NCBI GenBank assembly: GCA_965207735.1
Contig: OZ242296.1
Location: 2,720,001-2,784,000 of the forward strand
Direction of reading: 5' to 3'
Source: Candidatus Versatilivorator sp.
GTDB taxonomy: Bacteria > Acidobacteriota > Terriglobia > Versatilivoradales > Versatilivoraceae
Length of the DNA stretch: 64,000 bases
The notes below the pieces were generated by a model, which saw only the letters and a list, made by a program, of their open reading frames with translations, was not told the DNA's origin and ran no database searches. Below, one piece after another: positions 10,615-18,676 of this stretch; position 1 is the first letter of the stretch; each line of letters opens with the position of its first letter. Both the position numbers and the translations under genes were made by a program.

Positions 10615-10876
10615 AATAGGGGACGTTGTTGAATTACTGGAATAACTTTCCCAGCTTCTTATTCCTTACTGACCCATAGGGCGAAGCAGATGCCTTCCCG
10701 AGGGCTTCGGCACACTCGCAGGTACAGACACGGCGATTCGTACTCAAAACCCGTCCGTATCGGTGCACCAATCAGTTCCCCCAACGGTATCCTGGACTTT
10801 TCCTCCGTTTTTTCCTCTAGGCGTCGATAGAATCGCCAGACTGAGTAATTCCACTAATTCAACAACGTCCCCTATT
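10615..10876. repeat. ~262-bp MITE-like element, copy 2
   Basis: Same 22-bp terminal IRs (10615-10636 / 10855-10876) and homologous interior to 9202-9467. Confidence 0.85.
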
Positions 10877-11257
10877 GACTCCTGTACGCGGCGTGGCCTC
10901 CTCGACAACCTTGATCAATGACTCCGCGGGTATGCCGAGCCCGTTGTGCAAACGCCAAATCATCTTAAGACTCAGCGGCCGCTTGCGGTTCAATATCTCG
11001 TACACCCGGTTGCGACTGCCGATATAGGTGACCAGATCCTTCGGCGCAAGCCCGTTCTGCTCCATGTGGTAGCGGATGGCATCAATCGGGTCGGGCAGAT
11101 CGAGAGGGTGATTCCGCGCCTCCCAGGCCTCGACCAGTGTCACCAAAACATCCAGGCGGTCGCCTTCCGGCGTGTTGCGCTTGGCCGTCATCAGGCCCTC
11201 AATTTCCTTGAGTGTGCGGCGGTAGTCCCGTTCGGTCTTGATCGGAACGATTTCCAT
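10859..11257 (-). CDS. higA: HigA-type antitoxin (HTH_3/XRE)
   Basis: MEIVPIKTERDY...EGDRLDVLVTLVEAWE...PDPIDAIRYHMEQNGL...YEILNRKRPLSLKMI. ATG 11257, downstream of higB. Confidence 0.9.
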   Translation of the reverse strand: MEIVPIKTERDYRRTLKEIEGLMTAKRNTPEGDRLDVLVTLVEAWEARNHPLDLPDPIDAIRYHMEQNGLAPKDLVTYIGSRNRVYEILNRKRPLSLKMIWRLHNGLGIPAESLIKVVEEATPRTGVNRGRC

Positions 11258-11478
11258 GACTCGGTCCTCAAATCGTCTGCGCGTCAACTGCGTCGTACAT
11301 GTGGTGCGTTCCGATGAATCGAATGTAGACGACTCGGTAGGGGTAGTTGATCCACACCACGATGCGATACTTGTTGCCGGCGATGTTGAACACCGCCCTC
11401 CCGTCCTTAAGGATGCTGACGCTACGAACATCCTGTTTGACATCGGCCGGGCTCGCCCAATCCGCCGCTTTCACCTGT

Positions 11479-11555
11479 CTAAACCAGGCCATCACCGGCT
11501 CACGGGCAGCAGTGTGAACGGGCGTGGATTCAATGAAGGCTTTCAGCGTAGCTAG
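11479..11555. repeat. 77-bp target-site duplication, left copy (right copy 13640-13716)
   Basis: Identical CTAAACCAGG...AGCGTAGCTAG on both sides of the IS. Confidence 0.92.
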
Positions 11556-13639
11556 CCCATCTTTAACACGGCTTCCAAGTATACGTTTATTATCAACAGG
11601 TTACAAAAGGCTCAACGCGCAAGTGGCACTACAAACGCGTTGAAACCGGAGATTTTGGAGGAATCAGACGATCATCTTGCGGATCCCTCCAGGAGAGGGA
11701 TCGATGCCCAGGGCGTCGTAGATGGCCCTCTGATCGGGTTCGGCCCGTGTGGCCTTGCGGACGTGCAAGGTCCGCCCGTCCTGACGCCGGAAGGTGACCG
11801 TGACCCGCTGCTGTCCTTCCAGGATGCGCCGCAGCGTGGTCCAACTGGAGGCCTCGCCGCGCTGCTTGAGGCGTTTGCGGATGACCTGCACCAGTTGATA
11901 GGCGATGACCGTCAGAAACAGGTGACCTTCCGAGCGCACCGGCTTGTGATGATAGATGGGCCGCAGGCCCAGCTCGGACTTCAGGGAGCGAAACACCGCT
12001 TCCACGTCGGTCAGAGTCGTGTAGGTACGCCAGAGACTTTCCTCGTCCCAGTCAGTCTGGTTGCTGCGCAGGCAGTAGACCCCCGGATGGGTGGCCATCG
12101 AGCCCTGGCGGGGACGGTGCTTCCATCTCAGCGCTGTCGCCTTGCGGCCGCTCTCGTCGGTGAGGACCTCGATGCTGTAGTGTTGCCCCACCCCGCGGCT
12201 CTGTTCCTTCAGCCGCCCGATCCTCTCCCGGACCTTCTCGACGCCTTTGTGAGTCCGCGGCCGGGAAAGCCCCTCGGAGAGTCGGGTGAGCCCCTGCTCG
12301 AAGCGCCGGCTGAAGCGCTCCACGATGCCCTTCTCCTTCTCAGCCCGCTGCTGTGAGCGGCAGTAGAGACGCACTTCCTGCCCGTCGTCGGAGATCTCCT
12401 TGTGGAGCTGCAGCTCGGCCTTGGAAGCCGTCTCCACCGTCACGGCCGCCTCGGCATCGAACTGCCTCCGGCCCTGGCGGCTGGCCACCAGGTAGCGATA
12501 CCCTTCCTCCCTCAACCACTGGATCCGGTCCTCGGTCGCCACCCCCCGATCCATCACCACCAAGGCTCCCCGGGGCGCCTCCAGCGCCTCCAGCATCCCC
12601 TCCAGGGTGCGGGGCTCATCCACCCTACCGGCAAAGACCTCCGAGCGGCGCACAAACCCCGCCCCGTCCAGCACCAACCCCAGCGTCAGCAGCCGACAGT
12701 CGCTGCGCTTGTCCTTCGAGTGGCCCCGCTCGGCCTTGGGCTGATGGCTGGCCGCCCCTTCGAAGAAGGTGTTGGTCAGATCGAACAGGGTGACGGTCGG
12801 CTCCAGATCGAACAACCCCATGGCCCGGGTGAAGAGGTGACGCTCGATGGCCTCCCGATGCTTCATCAGCGCGTCCGAGGCCCGATACATCTGCATCAGA
12901 CTCAGGCTCTCGAAGTCAACCTCCAGCAACTCGCCCAAGCCGCTGCGCCGCCTGAGCCAGCCCCAGGTGGCCCTCTCCGAGCCCGGTCGGGCCAGACGGC
13001 CTACCATGGCCCCCAACGCCGCTGCCCGCATCGGTCCGTTCAGCCCTAACTCGGTCAGCAGATCCCCCAGCCCCAACTGCTCCAGCGCCCAGCAACCGAC
13101 CTGCTCCACCCCCACGCTGCGCGGACGTGTCAAGGCCACCGAATCCACCTCGACCGTCTGCAGGTCCTCTGAGGCGGCCTCCCCGCCAACGCCGGTCACG
13201 TCGGCTTCGCCCTCAAGCAAGCGCTGGGCCATGCGTTGGGCTTCCTCCTCCAACGGGGTGGAAGCCACCGGCAAGAGAGGCAACTGACCGGTGAGGATCT
13301 GATCGAGACGGCGGCACAACAAGGGCCAGTCCTCACGGGGGATCGAGAAGTGTCGACCGAGGTTGAGGAGGGTCTGCTGGCGGACCTTGCCACTGACGCG
13401 ATGGGAGCGGACGAGGCGGTGGGTGAAGTAGGTCTGTCCGGAATGGAGGCTGCGGGTCTGGGTGCGTCGGATGAACATGGGAGGGACGCTACCAGAGGAG
13501 AGAGAGGGGGTCAAGCCCATCCCATACGATTATGGCACTACATTCACCTCCTCAACCAAGAATCAACAACTTACGGGTGGTTTTAGGCTAAAATGGGGGT
13601 AAAATACCTCAAATCGGCCGTTTCTTTGTTAAAGATGGG
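11556..13639 (-). mobile_element. IS1634-family insertion sequence
   Basis: Terminal IRs CCCATCTTTAACA / TGTTAAAGATGGG; flanked by 77-bp direct repeats; encodes a ~600-aa DDE transposase. Confidence 0.9.
11664..13478 (-). CDS. IS1634-family DDE transposase
   Basis: MFIRRT...GKVRQQTLLNLG, FDLTNTFFEG, GHSKDKRSDC, VMDRG, VEAVFRSLKSELGLRPIYH. Start ATG 13478 chosen; ORF track extends to 13520. Confidence 0.9.
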   Translation of the reverse strand: MFIRRTQTRSLHSGQTYFTHRLVRSHRVSGKVRQQTLLNLGRHFSIPREDWPLLCRRLDQILTGQLPLLPVASTPLEEEAQRMAQRLLEGEADVTGVGGEAASEDLQTVEVDSVALTRPRSVGVEQVGCWALEQLGLGDLLTELGLNGPMRAAALGAMVGRLARPGSERATWGWLRRRSGLGELLEVDFESLSLMQMYRASDALMKHREAIERHLFTRAMGLFDLEPTVTLFDLTNTFFEGAASHQPKAERGHSKDKRSDCRLLTLGLVLDGAGFVRRSEVFAGRVDEPRTLEGMLEALEAPRGALVVMDRGVATEDRIQWLREEGYRYLVASRQGRRQFDAEAAVTVETASKAELQLHKEISDDGQEVRLYCRSQQRAEKEKGIVERFSRRFEQGLTRLSEGLSRPRTHKGVEKVRERIGRLKEQSRGVGQHYSIEVLTDESGRKATALRWKHRPRQGSMATHPGVYCLRSNQTDWDEESLWRTYTTLTDVEAVFRSLKSELGLRPIYHHKPVRSEGHLFLTVIAYQLVQVIRKRLKQRGEASSWTTLRRILEGQQRVTVTFRRQDGRTLHVRKATRAEPDQRAIYDALGIDPSPGGIRKMIV

Positions 13640-13741
13640 CTAAACCAGGCCATCACCGGCTCACGGGCAGCAGTGTGAACGGGCGTGGATTCAATGAAGG
13701 CTTTCAGCGTAGCTAGGGCAATGACTCGCATTCCGAGTAGG

Positions 13742-13768
13742 AGTATAGTCCCATATTGGGACTATACT
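13742..13768. promoter_or_regulatory. Palindromic operator upstream of higBA (probable HigA site)
   Basis: AGTATAGTCCCA-TAT-TGGGACTATACT, perfect 12-bp arms, 10 nt upstream of the higB ATG. Confidence 0.65.
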
Positions 13769-13989
13769 GTGCAAGCCTTGAGGTTGGACGGTGATTCCGG
13801 GCTCCCGCTTGGTCTCGGCGAGATTGCGCCGCATTTTCGGGTAGAAATCGCCTTTGACTTCGCGCGTCCATACCACCTCCCGCGGATGGGAATTGGCGGA
13901 CGCCCTCTCCGCCAGGATATCTGCAAGCCAACAGATTCCACAGGTCACACAAGTGACCTTGGCGCCAATTTCGGGTTATTGGGGAGAGC

Positions 13990-14738
13990 GGGTCTCCGTA
14001 GCCTCGCGGTTTCGGCCGTTTGCTGTCGCCGCCTTCGCGGCTCGACGTCGAGCTACCCCTTTCCATGGGCTCACGCCCACGGCTACCTGCTGCCGCCGCT
14101 CTGCGGCTCGATGGGTCGCCCGGGCGTTCGCCCGGGGATTATCAATTGCTAATAAGTCCAGCCCCCGCCCTGCCGGACGGATCATACGAGAGTGAAACAA
14201 CGAATCTTCATAGCCGGTCGGGAACAAGGACCCTGTTCCCTTAGCACGGTTTTCCACCTATTGAACATCGATGCACAGGATTAACAGGAAGAGAGCTTCC
14301 TGCACCAGAAGCCAACTCGGGCGTTGATCCGGTGCGGATTTGCGGATTCCCGGCAGTAGAAGCCAGCCGTTTCCTGAAGAATCCTGTGAATCCTGTGCAT
14401 CGATGTTAATGATCTCCTTAAATCACGATGGGGTCGGAAGCCCCCCCACTGGCTCCGCCGCGGTCCTTGTTGCTTCTTCGCGGACAAATCCTCTTTGTCC
14501 CTTGTGTCCTTCGTTGTCCTTCGTGTGTCTTCGTGGATCACTCTTTTTCGGTTGTTTCAGACAAGGGGCGCCCCTGCCCCCCACGACGGGGCAGATCATC
14601 CGAGGGTGAAACAGGGTTGTTTCAGACAAGCCGGGCCCCCGCCCTGGTGTGCGGATCATACATAGAGTGAAACAATCAGAAATCGATCAACCCTTCGCGA
14701 ACATTGGTACCCCGTCGCGACCAACCTCAGCGCCTTAG
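13990..14738. repeat. Composite intergenic repeat region (REP-like hairpins, CACAGGA/TCCTGTG and TTCGTG modules, GTTTCAG...GTGAAAC units)
   Basis: Modules recur at 16437-16575 and in reverse orientation at ~23480-24024. Confidence 0.7.
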
Positions 14739-16436
14739 CCCGCATTTCTCACCAGAGGTAGGAAGCATCGGTTCTCGGAATCTGGTAAAATACTCTTGTC
14801 TAAGGAGTTAACCAGATTCTTAAAGGAGAACCGATGCCGACACAGTGTAACACCAAACCCCTGGAGTTTGAACCCCACGGCCGCCGCCGCGTGGTGGCTG
14901 ATTTCGACGGCGGTCCCATCACTTCCGATGCCGGCTCCCTGCTGTTGCGCCGGGTGGATCGGGGCTTATCTCTCTCCGACCAGGTGGCCGACTGTTTCAC
15001 CGATCACCGCGACCCCAAGCGGACCCAATACAGCCTGCGCACCCTCATCGCTCAGCGCATCCGTGGCATCGCCCTCGGCTACGAGGATCTCATCGACCAC
15101 GACCAACTCCGTCACGATCCCCTCATGGCCTTGTTTTCAGAGAAAGGCCGTCGTGGCGACTCGCCTCCCCTGGCAGGCAAGAGCACCCTCAACCGACTCG
15201 AACACGCCCCCACCCAAGGCCCCACCCGCTACCACAAGATTGACCACGACCCCGAGGCCTTGCAAGCCCTCCTGGTGAAACTGTTTCTGCAAGCCCATCC
15301 CCAACCCCCCGATGAGATCATCCTCGACCTCGACGCCACTGACGATCCCCTCCACGGGGAACAAGAGGACCGCTTCTTCCACGGCTACTACCGAGGCTAC
15401 TGCTACCTGCCCCTCTACATCTTCTCGGGCCGCCATCTGCTCTCGGCCCTGCTCAGACCCGCCAACATCGATGCCTCCGCCGGCGCTCTGGAGCAGGTCC
15501 AGCGCATCGTCTCCCGCCTACGGCGTGTCTGGCCTCAGGTCAAGATCCTGCTGCGGGCCGACTCCGGCTTTGCCCGTGAGGAGCTGATGGGGTGGTGTGA
15601 GCAGCATCAGGTCGACTATCTCTTCGGCCTGGCCCGCAACTCCCGCCTCCAAGACGCCATCGCCCCCGAGTTGGCTCAGGCCCAGGCCCTCTCAGACCAG
15701 CAACAGCAGCCCGCCCGGATCTTCACCGACCTCTCCTACCGCACTCACAAGAGCTGGTCCCACGAGCGCCGCCTGGTCGCCAAAGCCGAGGTCCTGCCCC
15801 GCGGCCCCAACCCCCGCTTCGTCGTCACCTCTCTGTCGGTCCAGGACTACCCCGCCCAGTTCCTCTATGAGAAGATCTACTGTGCCCGCGGTGAGATGGA
15901 AAACCGCATCAAGGAGCAGCAACTCGACCTGTTTGCCGATCGCACCTCCACCCACTCCTTCCGGGCGAATCAGCTCCGGCTCCTGATGACCTCTTTCGCC
16001 TATGTGCTGGTGGAGGGCTTGCGCCGGCGGGCGCTGCAATCCACCTGCCTGGCCCGGGCCACCGTCGGTTCCATCAGACTCAAACTGCTCAAGATCGGCG
16101 CTCAGGTCACCATCTCGGTCCGTCGCATCAAGGTCGCCATGGCTTCCGGATGTCCTTACCAGAGGGAGTTCCGCATCGCTTGGGCTCACCTGCCGCCCTG
16201 AGGTGCCCTGACCCGACCGTCACTCCTGGCCCTTGAAGACGCGGCCACCAGGCCCGATGGCAGAGGTGTCGCTGTTTTCGAGGGAAAATGCCGCCTGAGG
16301 TTCCTCGGAGAGCCTCAGAAGCCTCCGCTGTTGGCCTTTGCCTACCGATCCAGCCACCAACGTTGTTAAACTCGGCCTCAAATGCCTCCATGGCCCCTTT
16401 TACCGCTCCTGTGCGAACTCTGGTGAGAAATGCGGG
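14739..16436 (+). mobile_element. IS1380-family insertion sequence
   Basis: Perfect 19-bp IRs CCCGCATTTCTCACCAGAG / CTCTGGTGAGAAATGCGGG; 4-bp TSD TTAG (14735-14738, 16437-16440). Confidence 0.93.
14834..16201 (+). CDS. IS1380-family transposase
   Basis: FDGGPITSDAG, GYEDLIDHDQLRHDP, LAGKSTLNRLE, LDLDATDDPLHG, RADSGF, YCARGEMENRIKEQQ. Confidence 0.95.
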   Translation: MPTQCNTKPLEFEPHGRRRVVADFDGGPITSDAGSLLLRRVDRGLSLSDQVADCFTDHRDPKRTQYSLRTLIAQRIRGIALGYEDLIDHDQLRHDPLMALFSEKGRRGDSPPLAGKSTLNRLEHAPTQGPTRYHKIDHDPEALQALLVKLFLQAHPQPPDEIILDLDATDDPLHGEQEDRFFHGYYRGYCYLPLYIFSGRHLLSALLRPANIDASAGALEQVQRIVSRLRRVWPQVKILLRADSGFAREELMGWCEQHQVDYLFGLARNSRLQDAIAPELAQAQALSDQQQQPARIFTDLSYRTHKSWSHERRLVAKAEVLPRGPNPRFVVTSLSVQDYPAQFLYEKIYCARGEMENRIKEQQLDLFADRTSTHSFRANQLRLLMTSFAYVLVEGLRRRALQSTCLARATVGSIRLKLLKIGAQVTISVRRIKVAMASGCPYQREFRIAWAHLPP

Positions 16437-16594
16437 TTAGTGTCCCTTCGTCGTTCTTCGTGGCCCTTCGTGGATTTCTTTTTTCTTTTGTCTTTTTTCG
16501 GTTGTTTCAGACAAGCCGGGCCCCTGCCCTGTCGGGCAGATCATCCGAGCGTGAAACAGGGTTGTTTCAGGCAAGTGCGGCCGAGTCACCTTCG

Positions 16595-17011
16595 CTACTT
16601 CAACCGGCGGTTGAGGCGGATGGCTTTGACGTGGGGTGAGCGGGCGATGACGGACAACTGGGCCCCGGTGGCTTCGGCGGCAAAGGCCCTTGAAGCTCGC
16701 AGCCAGCGCGGGGGGGACCCGAGAACCGTCTCGAGGAACGTTTGGGTCTGGGCGGCTTTCCGTTCGAGTGCCGAGAGGTCCTGCGGGGATTCGGGCATGA
16801 CCCTGTCGGGAGCGAGGCCACCGGCATCGGCCCCGGGGGACTTTCTCAATCCGACCTTTTGCGAGGGAACGTCCAGCTCGATGATGACGCTGGCCTTCCC
16901 CTCCAGGTTTTCGCCGGCCATGCGCCGGAGCTCTTTGTCCTGAAGCTTGTCCAGGAAATCGGATCCACTCACGACAGACCTCGTTGCGCCGGGCGCTTCA
17001 CGCTTCTTCAT
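16595..17011 (-). CDS. Small protein resembling a subtilisin propeptide / I9-inhibitor-like domain
   Basis: SVIIELDVP...WLRASRAFAAEATGAQLSVIARSPHVKAIRLNRRL pattern; starts 21 nt after the S8 gene stop, same strand. Confidence 0.55.
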   Translation of the reverse strand: MKKREAPGATRSVVSGSDFLDKLQDKELRRMAGENLEGKASVIIELDVPSQKVGLRKSPGADAGGLAPDRVMPESPQDLSALERKAAQTQTFLETVLGSPPRWLRASRAFAAEATGAQLSVIARSPHVKAIRLNRRLK

Positions 17012-17032
17012 TATTATATTGCGCCATCCCGC

Positions 17033-18544
17033 TCAGAACCCCTTTTCCCTGGCGAAACCGATCGCCTGCAGGATGTCGAGTCGCCCGAACCCAAAACGGT
17101 GATCCTGTCCGGTTTCTCCCAGCTCTTCAACCGATCCGGTAAGCAGGTCCTGAATCAGAAAGGCACGGTTGGTGGGCGCCACACGTTTCTTGATGGAAGT
17201 GGCGCTCAGCAGCAACGCCATGGCGCCGGCAACATGAGGGGTCGCCATGGAGGTTCCGTTGAAGGCGGCCCACTTGCCACCCGGCACCGAAGAGAAGACC
17301 GCCACCCCTGGAGCCGAGATCTCCGGCTTGGAATAGACAAGAGGCAGATTCTCCGGGGAAACGAAGTTGGACTCCCGAATGACATGGGTTCGACCTCCGC
17401 TGAAAGCGGCCGCGCAGTCTCGATAGTCGGTCGCCCCCACGGAAAACGAAAGCAGATCGTTGCCGGGTGACCCGGTGATCTGCTGGCCGTCGTTGCCGAT
17501 GGCGGTCACCACGGGGATTCCGGCCCTCAGCGACGTCAGAATCGCCTCGGTATAGGTGCTCGGGACCTCGGGGCCCAACGTCAGTCCGCCCAATGACATG
17601 TTCAACACGTCCACCCCGCGCTCGACGGCCCAGTCGATCGCGGCCAGCACCTGAGCGTCCGTCCCCCCCTTGGCTCCGTCCAAGGCAATCGCAACCGCCA
17701 ACCTGGCGTCCGGGGCCATGCCGATCCAGCGGCCGCTGGCCTTCCCTCCGGCAATGGTGCCGGCCACGTGAGTCCCATGCTGACCCGTGTCGTGCGGCTG
17801 TGAATCGGGGACCTCCTCTCCATTGGAATCGAATTCCGCCCAGTCGGCCACCTTGCCCTTCAGGTCGGGGTGGCTGGCGTCCACACCGGTGTCCAGAACT
17901 CCCACCTTGACTCCTTTTCCACCGGCTCCGTAAGCCCCGCGGGCGGCCAGGGCCCCAACCGCATGGATCCCCCAGGCGCTGGCCTTGTTCTCGACCGCCC
18001 TTGAAGGAAGCATCTTCAATTCCACCAGGCGGGGGACGTGCAGCACACGGTTCGGGTAGATATCTCCGATCAGCGGCTCCTCCACCCATTGATTCAACTT
18101 TGCCAGGTCATCCCTGGTCGCTTGCAGGACCACGCATCTCGACGTCCAGAAAGACCTGGTGCCGTGGGCTTCCCGACCGAGCTTGAGCAAGCCCGAGTAA
18201 AGAGGTCTCAATGATCTCAGCCCCCTGGACCGAAGAACCCGCTTGCTCACCTGCCGGATGGCCGTGGCAGCTACCTGGGCGGCCAGACCGCCTTCTTCCC
18301 TGAGTGCTTCCCTGGCTCGATCGGAAGGGATCCCTCGATCCGGTCCGGCCATCAGGTCCAGGTGGGCCGGCAAGATGTCCCGAGCCGTCAGCAGGAGCGT
18401 ACGCCGCTGAATGGCGCCGGCAATCACCCCCAGGAGCGTCTCCTCATCCCTTTCCGGGAGCTTCATTCGCACAATGACACTGCGGCGGCTCCCGGACCCC
18501 TCGTCCAGAATCCTTTCCACCTGTCTGGCAAGTCGACGGGTCAT
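17033..18544 (-). CDS. S8 (subtilisin-like) serine protease, no evident signal peptide
   Basis: Catalytic triad motifs VLDTGVD, HGTHVAGTI, GTSMATPHVAG; NMSLG; oxyanion AIGN. Start ATG 18544 preferred; ORF track extends to 18673. Confidence 0.93.
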   Translation of the reverse strand: MTRRLARQVERILDEGSGSRRSVIVRMKLPERDEETLLGVIAGAIQRRTLLLTARDILPAHLDLMAGPDRGIPSDRAREALREEGGLAAQVAATAIRQVSKRVLRSRGLRSLRPLYSGLLKLGREAHGTRSFWTSRCVVLQATRDDLAKLNQWVEEPLIGDIYPNRVLHVPRLVELKMLPSRAVENKASAWGIHAVGALAARGAYGAGGKGVKVGVLDTGVDASHPDLKGKVADWAEFDSNGEEVPDSQPHDTGQHGTHVAGTIAGGKASGRWIGMAPDARLAVAIALDGAKGGTDAQVLAAIDWAVERGVDVLNMSLGGLTLGPEVPSTYTEAILTSLRAGIPVVTAIGNDGQQITGSPGNDLLSFSVGATDYRDCAAAFSGGRTHVIRESNFVSPENLPLVYSKPEISAPGVAVFSSVPGGKWAAFNGTSMATPHVAGAMALLLSATSIKKRVAPTNRAFLIQDLLTGSVEELGETGQDHRFGFGRLDILQAIGFAREKGF

Positions 18545-18676
18545 TTTCCGATTTCCCCCAAGAGTCTTTGCCAAGGCGGCAGCCGGCGAGCCGTTGGCCG
18601 AAACACTTCCGGCCGAGCCCCTCGGAACGGCCGGTTGCCGAACTTGCGGACCTTCAACCCGGTAGGCCGCCAACGC

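Larger units (their letters stand above)
11268..13731 (-). pseudogene. higB: HigB toxin interrupted by IS1634-family element
   Basis: 5' part MRVIALATLKAF... at 13731-13640 and 3' part ...AVFNIAGNKYRIVV...IRFIGTHHMYD ending 11268. Removing the IS and one DR copy gives a 100-aa ORF. Confidence 0.88.

Noticed and set aside
9202-10876. Classical integron attC array
   Set aside because: No RYYYAAC...GTTRRRY attC architecture recognised, elements are much longer than attC sites, and there is no IntI integrase in the window.
14554-16575. GTTTCAG...GTGAAAC units resembling CRISPR repeat ends
   Set aside because: Units are 54-59 bp and divergent, separated by a constant 6-bp linker rather than unique spacers, and no cas genes are present.
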